From: a bacterium | Lineage (GTDB): Bacteria; UBA8248 | NCBI GenBank assembly: GCA_965207065.1 | Contig: OZ242260.1 | Coordinates: 512,001-576,000 of the forward strand | Length of the DNA stretch: 64,000 bases | Direction of reading: 5' to 3' | Shown: positions 40,267 to 50,243 of the stretch, one piece after another | Position numbering within the stretch: the stretch's first letter is position 1 | Layout of the letters: every line of letters starts with the position of its first letter | Position numbers and translations under genes: made by a program | The notes under the pieces: model-generated | Database searches by the model: none | Told to the model about the DNA's origin: nothing | The model's input: the letters and a program-made list of their open reading frames with translations, nothing else

Positions 40267-41382
40267 ATGGGGACTGAATACGCTTGGTTTCTCCCGTCGG
40301 CCAGGGCCGGAGACGGCCACAAAATCAACACCAGGGTGCCTGAGCGGAAACCCACCATCGAATACCTCTCCCAAGTGGCGAGCGCCGCCGAGCGAGCCGG
40401 TTTTGTAAACCTTCTGGTGCCTACCGGTACCCACTGCATGGACGCCTGGCTCGTGGCCGCAGGCGTGGCTCAGCACACGGAGAGGATCAAGTTCTGCGTG
40501 GCGTTCCGCCCCGGCCTCACCAGCCCCGTATTCGCCGCCCAGACGGCGAGCACGCTTGATGCGCTCACCGGCGGGCGCTTGACGCTCAACGTCGTCACAG
40601 GCTCGAGCCATGTCGAGCAAATGCGCTACGGCGACCACCTCGTGCACGATGAGCGTTACGACAGGACGGAGGAGTTCCTGGACATCGTCACACGCATCTG
40701 GAGCGCCGACGCTCCCATCACCTACAAGGGAAAGTATTTCGACATACGAGAAGCCGCTTTTTTCCCGATCCATGTCTCAAAGCCCTGGCCACCCATCTAT
40801 CTCGGCGGAAGCTCGGAACCCGGCCGCCGGGTGGGAGCGAAATTCTCGGACGTGCACATGATGTACGCGGTCGACGTCGAAACCATCGCCAAGGACGCGC
40901 TCGACATGAAGCGGCGCGCCGCGGAGTTCGACCGCGAGGATAAGATACAATTCGGCGTTCGGATGCACATCCTATGTCGGGAGACCAGGGCGGAGGCGAA
41001 AAAAGCCGCGCAGGCGCTCATCGAGGGTAGCGACATTTCGAACGTGCAGGCCTGGGCCGACATGAAGACCAGAACGGAGAGCACCGGCCAGACGCGGGTC
41101 AACGAACTGGCGAAGGGCGAATCTCTCTGGATCACCGACACCTTGTGGATGGGTGTGAACACCGTTCGCGCCGGCGCGGGCGCCTCGCTGGTGGGTACGC
41201 CCGACATGATCGCCAAGGCGCTCAAGGAATACGTGGACGCGGGTGTTCACACGTTTATCCTATCCGGGTGGCCGCATGTCGAGGAAGTAGAGATATTCGG
41301 GCGTGAGATCATGCCGCTGCTTGCGGATACCGACCCCATCACCCTGGAGCAACCCTTACCCGCACTCGCGGAATACGACTGA
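40267..41382 (+). CDS. LLM flavin-dependent monooxygenase, SsuD-like (copy 2)
   Basis: 371 aa; 26 substitutions from copy 1 by manual alignment. Confidence 0.9.
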   Translation: MGTEYAWFLPSARAGDGHKINTRVPERKPTIEYLSQVASAAERAGFVNLLVPTGTHCMDAWLVAAGVAQHTERIKFCVAFRPGLTSPVFAAQTASTLDALTGGRLTLNVVTGSSHVEQMRYGDHLVHDERYDRTEEFLDIVTRIWSADAPITYKGKYFDIREAAFFPIHVSKPWPPIYLGGSSEPGRRVGAKFSDVHMMYAVDVETIAKDALDMKRRAAEFDREDKIQFGVRMHILCRETRAEAKKAAQALIEGSDISNVQAWADMKTRTESTGQTRVNELAKGESLWITDTLWMGVNTVRAGAGASLVGTPDMIAKALKEYVDAGVHTFILSGWPHVEEVEIFGREIMPLLADTDPITLEQPLPALAEYD

Positions 41383-41425
41383 ATATAAATAAGAGAGCCA
41401 AGACAACGGGAAGAGGAAACCATTG

Positions 41426-42604
41426 ATGAACAGTTCTGCAGGCGCGCTAAGCGCCGAATCGAAAAAATGGGTCGACCTTGCAGATTCACTGGCGCAGGAG
41501 AAATTCGCCCCGCGCGCGAAGATGATCGACGAGGAATCACGCTTTCCAGTCGAGAATTATCAGGATCTGGCCGACGCCGGCCTTCTCGCCCTCATGGTGC
41601 CCAGGGAATTCGGCGGCATCGGTGCGGATTCGCTCACCTATGTCACCGTACTCTCAAAGATCGCGAAAGGCTGTGCCTCTACGGGCCTCACCTTCAACAT
41701 GCACAGCGCCGTCGTGGATTTTCTGGGGCAAATCGCCTCCCAGGATCAGATGGAGAGCTACTTCTCGGAAGTGGTGAACAAAGGCGCTATCTTCGCCTCC
41801 ATTACGAGCGAGCCGGGTAGTTCCTTCCGCGACAAGTTGGCGGTGCGCACTTCCATTCGCGAGGATAACGGCCTCTACCGCCTTCATGGAAAGAAACATT
41901 TCTGCTCTCTCTCCACGGGGGCGACTTATTACTTCACCTGGAGTTACCTCGACGGCGCGGAAACCCTGCAGGAAGGCCTTCTGAACGTGATGGTTCCCTC
42001 CTCGAGAGAGAACATCGAAATCATCGACGATTGGCACACCATCGGCATGCGGGGAACAGCATCGAACTCCCTGATGTTTCACGACGTCGCCGTGGAGCCA
42101 TCCGAGATCATCGGGGAACCCGGCAGTATACTCGGCAAAGACATGAGCATGTGGTCACTGGGCTATACAGCCGTCTACATCGGCATCGCGGAGGCGGCGT
42201 ATCAGTTCACGGTGGATTACGTGAAGAAAACGAAATCCGGCATGGGGGTTCCTCTCGGAGAGCTGGACCGCACACAGCGTCAGATCGGCGAGATGGCTAT
42301 GCTGCTCGAGAACGCGCGTCGCGCGGCAGAGAAACTGGGCGCGCTCAGGGGAAATCTCGGGAAGATGGAACTGACCTTCATACTCAACCAGGCGAAGTAC
42401 CTGGCGACCGAAGCCGCAAAGGAACTCGCCGAGCAGGGAATCCGCCTTTGCGGCGGACGCGGGCTTCACCGCTCCCTGCCGCTCGAGCGTCACTTGAGAG
42501 ATGCGGTGGCAGGCATCGTCATGCCGCCCGCCAACGACCGCTGCCTCGAAACCATCGGGCAAATCGCTTTGGGACGCGAAGCAAAAACGCTCGACTTTCA
42601 GTAG
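41426..42604 (+). CDS. Acyl-CoA dehydrogenase-fold protein (possible flavin-dependent monooxygenase)
   Basis: VP.EFGG, GKKHFCS, DDW...GMRGTAS, LERHLRD. Confidence 0.8.
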   Translation: MNSSAGALSAESKKWVDLADSLAQEKFAPRAKMIDEESRFPVENYQDLADAGLLALMVPREFGGIGADSLTYVTVLSKIAKGCASTGLTFNMHSAVVDFLGQIASQDQMESYFSEVVNKGAIFASITSEPGSSFRDKLAVRTSIREDNGLYRLHGKKHFCSLSTGATYYFTWSYLDGAETLQEGLLNVMVPSSRENIEIIDDWHTIGMRGTASNSLMFHDVAVEPSEIIGEPGSILGKDMSMWSLGYTAVYIGIAEAAYQFTVDYVKKTKSGMGVPLGELDRTQRQIGEMAMLLENARRAAEKLGALRGNLGKMELTFILNQAKYLATEAAKELAEQGIRLCGGRGLHRSLPLERHLRDAVAGIVMPPANDRCLETIGQIALGREAKTLDFQ

Positions 42605-42689
42605 CGATTCCCTCACAGACCTCTTATCCTCAATAGCCTAAGCCAGCGAACACTTCTACCTGCGCGCATCCACGAATACGGATGATACC

Positions 42690-44246
42690 CTATCCCCTCG
42701 TTCCAGCACTCCCCGCACGACGCGGATCGCCGAAGGCAGAGAGCCGTCCGCCATCTCCCACCTCCACGGCGTGCACGCCACCGAAGAAGTGGTGGGGATA
42801 CGAATAGGTCGAAACCTCGAAACCGCTTTGGCGCGCAGATTCCAGTACCGCCTCATCCACCGCATCCTCGGCATGGAGGGGGCCTAAATCCAAGTGCATG
42901 CGGGGAGCCTCTACCGCTTCTTTAAGGGTCATGTTCCGGTAAAGCAGGTTCAGGATTACCTGGGCCACTGCCGTGGGGATCCGGTACGAACCAGGACTGC
43001 CAACACCTAAGCGTAATTTCTCCCCCTCGAAAACGAGGGTGGGAGCATAACCCGCCATCGGGCGTTTTCCTGCGCCCAGGGAATTTCCGTGACCCGGGCG
43101 GGGGTCCATCCAGTTCGTGTGGTTGTTCAAGATAACGCCCGTTCCCGGCGGCACGACGCCTGAGCCCCACCCCATACCCAGAGTCTGCGTCTGGCAGACT
43201 ACGTTGCCCCGAGGATCCACAACCGTGAAGTGGGTGGTAGAGCCCGGCTCCGCGTCGTGAACGTGAACACTGGAGGATCGCTCCTCAACTATCGCGGCAG
43301 CGGCATATTCTTTACTCAGGAGGCGAGCTATCGGCATGTCGTAATGGTACGGGTCGCCATAGACCGAGAACCTGTCGCGAAAAGCCGCGCGCATGGCGCG
43401 CGCGAGGGCCAGGCCTCGTGCGGGTTCATCCGCCGCATCCCATTCGGGCAGCAGGACTTCGAGGAAATTCAATATCTGTATCAGGAGCAGGCCGGAAGAA
43501 GGCGGCGGCGCGGTGAGGAAACGCAAGTCCCGATAACGGGAGGCGAGCGGCGCCATCCAGCGCACGCGGTAGTTTTTGAGATCGGACTCCCTTAGATAAC
43601 CGCCGCCGCTCCTCACCTCCTCCGCTATCGTTTCTGCGACTGCGTCCTCGTAAAAAGCGTACGCCCCTTTTTCTGCGATTACGCGCAGCGTTTTCGTCAA
43701 ATCCGGCTGGCGCAAGAGCGCGCCTTTATTAAGCGGCTCTCCGGATGCCGTGTGGATCTTCCCGAGTTCGGGATATGCCGTACAAAGCACCTTAAAGCGA
43801 GGCTCCTCCTGCTGGCGGCGATAGAACCAGCCGACCTTAAAGCCCTCATCCGCCAGGCGGATCGCGCTTGCAAATAAATCTCCCCAGGATTTGCTTCCAT
43901 ATTCGCTGTGAATCGCCTCGAGACCGCGCAACAGACCAGGAACCAGGATGGACCGATGGCCCCGACTATGCGCGTCGTCTGTGTGTTGTCCGTTTTCATC
44001 GCACTCGAATATGCCGGGCTCCATGCCTATGGGGCATTCGTTGCTGAAATCGACGAACCTGGCTCTTTGCTCCTCCTCCCGCCAGATGAGCGCCACGCCG
44101 CCGCCGCCCAGCCCGGAATAGAATGGCTCCGCCACGCCAAGGGCCAGGGATACGGCAACTGCCGCATCGCAGGCGTCTCCTCCCTTTTCCATGACGCGCA
44201 AACCCGCTTCCACCACTTTTTCATGAGCCGCCGCTACGGCGAACAT
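42690..44246 (-). CDS. ggt: Gamma-glutamyltransferase family (Ntn hydrolase)
   Basis: SGLGGG, PPPSSG, autoproteolytic TTHF, GSPG, DPRR. Confidence 0.88.
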   Translation of the reverse strand: MFAVAAAHEKVVEAGLRVMEKGGDACDAAVAVSLALGVAEPFYSGLGGGGVALIWREEEQRARFVDFSNECPIGMEPGIFECDENGQHTDDAHSRGHRSILVPGLLRGLEAIHSEYGSKSWGDLFASAIRLADEGFKVGWFYRRQQEEPRFKVLCTAYPELGKIHTASGEPLNKGALLRQPDLTKTLRVIAEKGAYAFYEDAVAETIAEEVRSGGGYLRESDLKNYRVRWMAPLASRYRDLRFLTAPPPSSGLLLIQILNFLEVLLPEWDAADEPARGLALARAMRAAFRDRFSVYGDPYHYDMPIARLLSKEYAAAAIVEERSSSVHVHDAEPGSTTHFTVVDPRGNVVCQTQTLGMGWGSGVVPPGTGVILNNHTNWMDPRPGHGNSLGAGKRPMAGYAPTLVFEGEKLRLGVGSPGSYRIPTAVAQVILNLLYRNMTLKEAVEAPRMHLDLGPLHAEDAVDEAVLESARQSGFEVSTYSYPHHFFGGVHAVEVGDGGRLSAFGDPRRAGSAGTRG

Positions 44247-44465
44247 ACGACTTCCTCTCGTTTTTCTTAGATCATCTCTTTTAGAGGATTATAAGCACAC
44301 CGAGGCTCCAGGGCGCATCCATGGACGTGTAGTGCACCGCATTATGTCAATTTTTGGCTATCAACGATGACAAAACTGCATTATTTGCTGTAGTTTAGGC
44401 GGGTTACCTTCAAATATCGCCGCGTTTTGTATAATCGGCACGTTATTGAGCCACGGACATCTGTG

Positions 44466-45812
44466 ATGACGGACAAACCGCCTGATGGAGAAAATCCCTC
44501 CGTTTCCGGTCCTTCCCAAAAGGAAAGAGGACCATCGCCCGGTGAAAACCGGCGACCCCGGAAAAAACGCTTTACGTTCTCATTCGTCAGGAAGTTCCTC
44601 CTCTTCCTGACCCTTGCCGTGGGCCTCTTCTTCGCCGCCGAGGCGGGATATTTCTGGTGGCAGAACTGGGAGCGATTCGTCTCGACGGATAACGCCTACG
44701 TCAAGAGCACGCTAACTCCTGTGAGCACCGAAATCGCGGGCGTGGTGAAGAAACTCCTGGTCAAGGACAACCAGGCGGTTCGGATAGGAGAGCTCCTCGT
44801 CGTCCTCGACAAGCGGCGTCATGAGGTCGCCCTCCAAAAAGCCAAGGCCGCCGTTGCCGTTGCCCGTGCGAAGTATGAGGCGAGCAAGGTGTCCGTCACC
44901 CATTCCATGGGCCGAGCCACAGGTCTTCAGCAGGAAGCTCGCGCACGCCGCGAGACTCTGAGGCGCACTCTCCGCTCGGCCCGCGCTCTGCTCATTCAAA
45001 GAAAAAACGAAACGCGTGCCCATGCGGCCACGAAGAAACAGGCGCGCGAGGATTTGAACAGAAAACTGCGTCTGCATGGCCAGAAAATTATCTCGGATGA
45101 AAACTTGGCACTTGTACGCGCTTCCCATGATGTCGCCAGGGCGAATTACGATGCTTCCCAGGCCGCGCTCAACGTGGAAGAAAACAAGGTTTCGGCAATC
45201 GTCAACCAGATGGAAGAGGCGCAGGCCTCCGTGGCGCTAGCGGAAAACGAGGACCGCTCCCGGCGCATGAAGAGCCATGACGCCGATTCCTTGAAAGCCG
45301 AACTTGAAGAAGCTCTGGCCGACTACAAGGAGAAAGAACTTCTCCTCTCCTATACCGAGATTCGCGCGCCCGTATCCGGCTACGTGGAGAAATCCGTCGA
45401 CCCGGGTACTTTCGTACAGCCCGGGCGCCCGTTGCTGCTCATTGTTCAACTCGAGAAGGCATACATCCGGGCGAATTTCAAGGAAATCAAACTCGAAGGC
45501 ATCCACGTGGGCCAGCCCGCCGAAATCGTTCTCGACGCCTACCCGAACCGTACGTTCAAGGGCCATATTGCGAGCCTGTACTCGGGAACGGGTGAGACCT
45601 TCTCCCTCCTACCGCCTGAGAACGCGACCGGCAACTGGGTCAAGGTCACCCGTCGCATTCCCGTGAAGATCCTGCTGGACGAAAAGCCTCCCAAGAACTT
45701 CCCCCTTCTGGTCGGCATGTCCGCCTACGTGACCGTGGACACAAAAATACGGCGCGGTCCCCGACTGCTGGCGTACCCTGTGGACAAGAAACCGCAAAAC
45801 CAAAAACCTTGA
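44466..45812 (+). CDS. emrA: EmrA/HlyD-family membrane fusion protein
   Basis: STDNAYV, ANFKE, FSLLPPENATGNWVKV..R.PV. Confidence 0.9.
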   Translation: MTDKPPDGENPSVSGPSQKERGPSPGENRRPRKKRFTFSFVRKFLLFLTLAVGLFFAAEAGYFWWQNWERFVSTDNAYVKSTLTPVSTEIAGVVKKLLVKDNQAVRIGELLVVLDKRRHEVALQKAKAAVAVARAKYEASKVSVTHSMGRATGLQQEARARRETLRRTLRSARALLIQRKNETRAHAATKKQAREDLNRKLRLHGQKIISDENLALVRASHDVARANYDASQAALNVEENKVSAIVNQMEEAQASVALAENEDRSRRMKSHDADSLKAELEEALADYKEKELLLSYTEIRAPVSGYVEKSVDPGTFVQPGRPLLLIVQLEKAYIRANFKEIKLEGIHVGQPAEIVLDAYPNRTFKGHIASLYSGTGETFSLLPPENATGNWVKVTRRIPVKILLDEKPPKNFPLLVGMSAYVTVDTKIRRGPRLLAYPVDKKPQNQKP

Positions 45813-47392
45813 ACGCAAAAACGACTTCATCCACTCCCGGAAGCGGAGGGGAAGCCACCGCGGAAACAAGTTATCCATCCCCCTTCAACCGCGCGATGAT
45901 TACGCTCGCGGTCGTTTCAGCAGCGTTTATATCCATAATGGACGCCAGCATCGTCAACGTGGTAATGCCGCACATGCGCGGTTCGTTCAACGTCGATCTG
46001 TCCACCATCACCTGGGTGGCGACCATCTACACCATCGCCCAGATCATCACGATCACCATGTCAGCCTGGTGGAGCACTCTGCTGGGACGAAAGCGTTATT
46101 TTCTCATCTCCTTCATCTTGTTCACACTGGCGTCGATTCTCGTCGGCACCTCGCAAACCTTCACGCAGATGCTTGTCTACCGCATCCTGCAAGGACTCGG
46201 CGGCGGGGGGCTCATACCTGTCGCGCAGGCGATATTGCGCGAAACCTATCCAGCGAACAGGCAAGGCTGGGCGATGGCGATGTTCGCGGCGGGTGTGGTT
46301 CTTGCGCCCGCGATGGGCCCGGTAGTGGGCGGGTGGATCACGGAAACGCTAAGCTGGCCATGGGTTTTTTACATCAACGTGCCCGTCGCCGCCGTGGGAC
46401 TGGCCCTCGTTTCCATCTACGTGTACGACCCGCCCCACATGAAGCGAGGAATCAACAAGGTGGACTGGATGGGCATCATCCTGATCGGGGTCGGCCTCAC
46501 CGCGCTCCAGGTCGTCCTCGAGCGAGGACAGGACGAGGACTGGTTCGACTCCAACCTCATCATCGTGATGACGATAGTAACCATCATCACCCTGACGGCG
46601 CTGGTCATATGGGAGCTCAGGACGGAAGAACCCATCATCGATTTCAGGGTTCTTAAAAACCTGAACCTGAGCGCCTCGTGCATCGTGGTGCTGATCTTCG
46701 GAGTCATAATGTTCGGGACCACCTTCATCCTGCCGCAATTTCTCCAAAACCTGCTCAATCACGGCCCCTATGAAACCGGTCTCGTCATGCTGCCAAGGGG
46801 TATCGCGCTCTTCTGCATGATGCCCATCGTGGGTCACCTGTACAACCTTGTGGACTACAGGATATTGATGTGCGGAGGCGTAGCGCTGGCCGTCACCTCC
46901 ATGTTTCTGATGTCGGGGCTCTCGTTGCAAACGGATTACTGGGATATGGTGTCGCGCCTCGTCATTCTGGGGTTCGGCATGCCCTTCGTCTTCGTTACTC
47001 TGACGACCGTCGCCTTCAGCACCACCGCGGTGGCCGATATCAACTCCGCCACGAGCCTCTACAACCTGGCGCGCCGTCTGGGCGGCAACCTGGGATTCGC
47101 CGTGATGGCGATACTACTCGAGCGGCGCACAGCCCTTCATCGCGTGAACATGGTGGGGAACATCACCGAGTCGAACCCCACGTTTCTTCACTATAAGGAA
47201 ACACTCACGGAAATGCTCGTCCGCAAGCAGATCGACCCCCACACCGCGCAAACCAAGGCGATGGGCCTCATCGAGCAAACCATCGATAAGCAAGCCACCA
47301 TGCTCGCTTATAACGACATCTACTGGGTCATGGGATGGAGCTTCATATTCGTCATCCCTTTCATTCTGGTGCTGAGAGCCAAGCAGGTGTGA
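45809..47392 (+). CDS. emrB: EmrB/QacA DHA2 MFS efflux pump
   Basis: MD.SIVNV, R.LQGLGGG, AP.MGP.VGG, W.W.FYINVP, WF.S. Confidence 0.92.
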   Translation: MNAKTTSSTPGSGGEATAETSYPSPFNRAMITLAVVSAAFISIMDASIVNVVMPHMRGSFNVDLSTITWVATIYTIAQIITITMSAWWSTLLGRKRYFLISFILFTLASILVGTSQTFTQMLVYRILQGLGGGGLIPVAQAILRETYPANRQGWAMAMFAAGVVLAPAMGPVVGGWITETLSWPWVFYINVPVAAVGLALVSIYVYDPPHMKRGINKVDWMGIILIGVGLTALQVVLERGQDEDWFDSNLIIVMTIVTIITLTALVIWELRTEEPIIDFRVLKNLNLSASCIVVLIFGVIMFGTTFILPQFLQNLLNHGPYETGLVMLPRGIALFCMMPIVGHLYNLVDYRILMCGGVALAVTSMFLMSGLSLQTDYWDMVSRLVILGFGMPFVFVTLTTVAFSTTAVADINSATSLYNLARRLGGNLGFAVMAILLERRTALHRVNMVGNITESNPTFLHYKETLTEMLVRKQIDPHTAQTKAMGLIEQTIDKQATMLAYNDIYWVMGWSFIFVIPFILVLRAKQV

Positions 47393-47486
47393 GGTTCGTC
47401 CGACCGCCAGAAAATGCGAACGAAACAGTAATGCTTACAGAGACGGCAGGTTGAATGCTCTGGATATGAAGCGCGAAAAGCGAGGA

Positions 47487-47585
47487 TTACTTCTTGGGGT
47501 AAATCCCGAACGGATCCTTGAGCAGCACCTTCCAGACGAAAATAATAACGACCACGGCCAATATGATGATCGAAAGGGTTTCCAT
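47487..47585 (-). CDS. Putative 32-aa small membrane protein
   Basis: METLSIIILAVVVIIFVWKVLLKDPFGIYPKK; AGGAG upstream; below the ORF-track cut-off. Confidence 0.55.
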   Translation of the reverse strand: METLSIIILAVVVIIFVWKVLLKDPFGIYPKK

Positions 47586-47617
47586 ATAGAACCGATTCTC
47601 CTATGAGTGCGTGAATC

Positions 47618-47694
47618 TGGTGGGTCGCCGGGGAATCGAACCCCGAACCTACGGATTAAGAGTCCGTTGCTCTGCCTAGTTGAGCTAGCGACCC
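47618..47694 (-). tRNA. tRNA-Lys(CTT)
   Basis: GGGTCGCTAGCTCAA...ACGGA-CTCTTAA-TCCGT...GGTTCGATTCC...ACCA. Confidence 0.95.
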
Positions 47695-47906
47695 GATATT
47701 TGAATCATCGCCGAGCGGCGATAGTCAAACCAGAAGTTAGCACAGCGTCCCCTCATAACAAAACCGGTGCGGCTCATCAACTCTTGAGCGCTCCAGAGGG
47801 GGACTCAGCCTTTCACCGCTGGATGGAAATTCCTCCAAGAGATCATGAAGCCGCGCATTCCGGGTTCCCGCTCGCCCGACGGCTCGCGCACTTCTTTCGG
47901 GTACGC

Positions 47907-49229
47907 CTATCTTTCGGGAATCAGGCCACGGGGGCTGAAGCGCAAAACCAGCAACAGGATCACACCCATGATCATCAGCCGCATGTGAGCCGCGCTTTCC
48001 ATCAGATGACGACGAATCGGGCTGTCTTGCGCGAGTCCCGAGGTGAGCAGGTCCATCAACCAAAGACCAATGGGTTCGGCCTCTATCCAGAAGAACCAGA
48101 TGACAAAACCGCCCAGAACAGCGCCCCAGTTGTTCCCTGACCCGCCGACGATGACCATCACCCAGATAATGAAGGTAAAGCGCAGCGGCTGGTAGGAGGC
48201 AGGCGTGAACTGCCCGTCCAGGGTGGTGAGCATGGCCCCGGCGACGCCGACCACCGCCGAACCCAGAACGAACACCTGCAGATGGCGTCCCGTGATGTCC
48301 TTGCCCATTGCGGAAGCGGCGATTTCGTTGTCTCTGATGGCGCGCATCATACGGCCCCACGGCGAATGGAGCGCCCGCTCGGAAAGCCACAAAACCACAA
48401 TAAGAACAATCAAGAACAGTCCCGCGTATGATAACTTGACAAAGATGGAGGAAAACTCCACGGGCGATGCGCCCAGACGGGCGGCCCAGTCCTGGAACCA
48501 GAGAGCCTGCTGAAGATCCACCTCATAAGGTACGGGACGAGGCAACCCACTTACGTTTTTAACGCCTCGGGCCAGCCAGTCCTCGTTTTTCAGGACGGCG
48601 ATGATGATCTCCGAAATGCCCAGCGTGGCGATTGCCAGATAATCGGTCCTGAGGCCTAAGGCGATCTTTCCGATCACCCAGGCGACGGCGGCGGCGAGCA
48701 GACCGCCTGCAACCCAAGAAAGCAGGATGGGGAGCCCGAGACCTCCCAGAAATCCGGCAATTGTCGGGTCCACAGCCTCAATGGCCTCCACCGCGGGAAA
48801 AAAGAACGCCCGCGCGAGAAAAAAGCCGCCGATAATGATGAAAGCGAGGAGGACCTTTCGCGGTATCCCGGCGGGAGCGCGTCTAGCAACAAACACAGCG
48901 GCCAGGATCGTCGCGAGGGAAATCGCAAGGGCGACAATGACGCCGAAGCCGCCCGCTTCCCAGGCCGCCGGAACCGGCGCGATGGAAACGAGAACCGCCG
49001 TCACCCCGCCCAGCGCCGCGAATCCCATAATGCCAATGTTAAATAGGCCGGCGTAGCCCCACTGTATGTTGACGCCCAGAGACATCACCGCCGATATCAG
49101 ACAGAGGTTCAGAATCGCCAGCGCCAGGGACCAGCTCTGGAACACACCGACCACGGCCAGAGCTACGAACATGAAGGCGAACATATATACGGCGCGCAAG
49201 TTCTCTCTCCAGCCGCTCACAGGGCTCAT
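47907..49229 (-). CDS. livM: Branched-chain amino acid ABC transporter permease
   Basis: GYAGLFN.G, LRTDYLAIATLG, GR.MRAIRDN, GGSGN; start re-set to ATG 49229. Confidence 0.88.
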   Translation of the reverse strand: MSPVSGWRENLRAVYMFAFMFVALAVVGVFQSWSLALAILNLCLISAVMSLGVNIQWGYAGLFNIGIMGFAALGGVTAVLVSIAPVPAAWEAGGFGVIVALAISLATILAAVFVARRAPAGIPRKVLLAFIIIGGFFLARAFFFPAVEAIEAVDPTIAGFLGGLGLPILLSWVAGGLLAAAVAWVIGKIALGLRTDYLAIATLGISEIIIAVLKNEDWLARGVKNVSGLPRPVPYEVDLQQALWFQDWAARLGASPVEFSSIFVKLSYAGLFLIVLIVVLWLSERALHSPWGRMMRAIRDNEIAASAMGKDITGRHLQVFVLGSAVVGVAGAMLTTLDGQFTPASYQPLRFTFIIWVMVIVGGSGNNWGAVLGGFVIWFFWIEAEPIGLWLMDLLTSGLAQDSPIRRHLMESAAHMRLMIMGVILLLVLRFSPRGLIPER

Positions 49230-50239
49230 GAAGATCTCCGTCCAAAAATACCTGTGGGCCGGAGCAGCAGCACCAGCACCAGAATGACGAAGGAAACCGC
49301 GAACTTGTAATCCGTGGACAACAACTGCACCAGCCCTTCCGGCGTCCAGTCTCCGGGTGCGAGATAGCCGACAAATTTCCTGTAGGCGTAGGTGAGAGCG
49401 ACCTCGGAGAAGGCGATGGTGAAACCGCCTACGATTGCGCCCAGCGGGTTGCCCAGACCGCCGACGATGGCGGCGGCGAAGATGGGCAGCAGTAGATTGA
49501 AATAGGTAAACGGCTTGAAACTCTTGTCCAGGCCATACATGACACCTGCTATGGTGGCGAGAGTTGCGGCGATGAACCAGGTGGTACGCACGACCCGTTC
49601 CGGATCGATCCCCGAGAGCAGAGCCAGATCTTCGTTGTCCGAATAAGCGCGCATGGATTTGCCGGTGCGCGTACGGTTCAGAAACCAAAAAAGCGCCGCC
49701 ACCACGATGATAGCCATCAGAATGGTAAGGCCCTGCGTGGTCTTGAAAGCGACGCCTTCGCTAAATCCACTCAGACGCTTGAAGGTCGGGGCAGTGATGA
49801 TGAAACGCTCCCCGTCAACGAACCACCTGTCACCGGGTCCGATGATGAGGCGCACCACGCTGTTGTAGACGAACATCACTCCAACCGAGACGATCATCAA
49901 CACCTCGGGCTTCGCTTTCACCCGGCGATAGAAACGATACACCCAACGATCGATTAACAGGCAAAGAGCGATCGTGCAGAGGACGCCGAACGGTAGGGCC
50001 AAAAGCGCGGTCGGCAGCGGGGCGATCGAAACGCCCCAGTATTGCAGCGCCCATGTGAGCAGGATGGTCGCCATGGCCCCAAAGGCCATCGTGTCGCCCT
50101 GGGCGAAGTCCGAAAAGCGCAAGATGGCGTATATCAAGGTGACGGCCAGAGCCCCGAGCGCCAACTGACTGCCGTACGCCATGGCGGGAACAATGACGAA
50201 GTTCGAGAGCAGGATCAGCGCGTTCAGGATGCCGTCCAT
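49226..50239 (-). CDS. livH: Branched-chain amino acid ABC transporter permease
   Basis: FAQG, TRTGKSMRA, GGLGNP.GA, RPTGIFG. Confidence 0.88.
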   Translation of the reverse strand: MDGILNALILLSNFVIVPAMAYGSQLALGALAVTLIYAILRFSDFAQGDTMAFGAMATILLTWALQYWGVSIAPLPTALLALPFGVLCTIALCLLIDRWVYRFYRRVKAKPEVLMIVSVGVMFVYNSVVRLIIGPGDRWFVDGERFIITAPTFKRLSGFSEGVAFKTTQGLTILMAIIVVAALFWFLNRTRTGKSMRAYSDNEDLALLSGIDPERVVRTTWFIAATLATIAGVMYGLDKSFKPFTYFNLLLPIFAAAIVGGLGNPLGAIVGGFTIAFSEVALTYAYRKFVGYLAPGDWTPEGLVQLLSTDYKFAVSFVILVLVLLLRPTGIFGRRSS

Positions 50240-50243
50240 CGCC

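Larger units (their letters stand above)
38812..41393 (+). repeat. Head-to-tail tandem duplication, ~1291-bp unit (38812-40102; 40103-~41393)
   Basis: Both units begin TACCGCCAACT..GACAGATGCCCGTC and share leader, gene and short tail. Confidence 0.9.

Noticed and set aside
49230-49688. N-terminal extensions of the livM ORF (likewise thiI, rdgB, maf, livF)
   Set aside because: They overlap the upstream gene in another frame; downstream starts coupled to or just after the upstream stop fit better.
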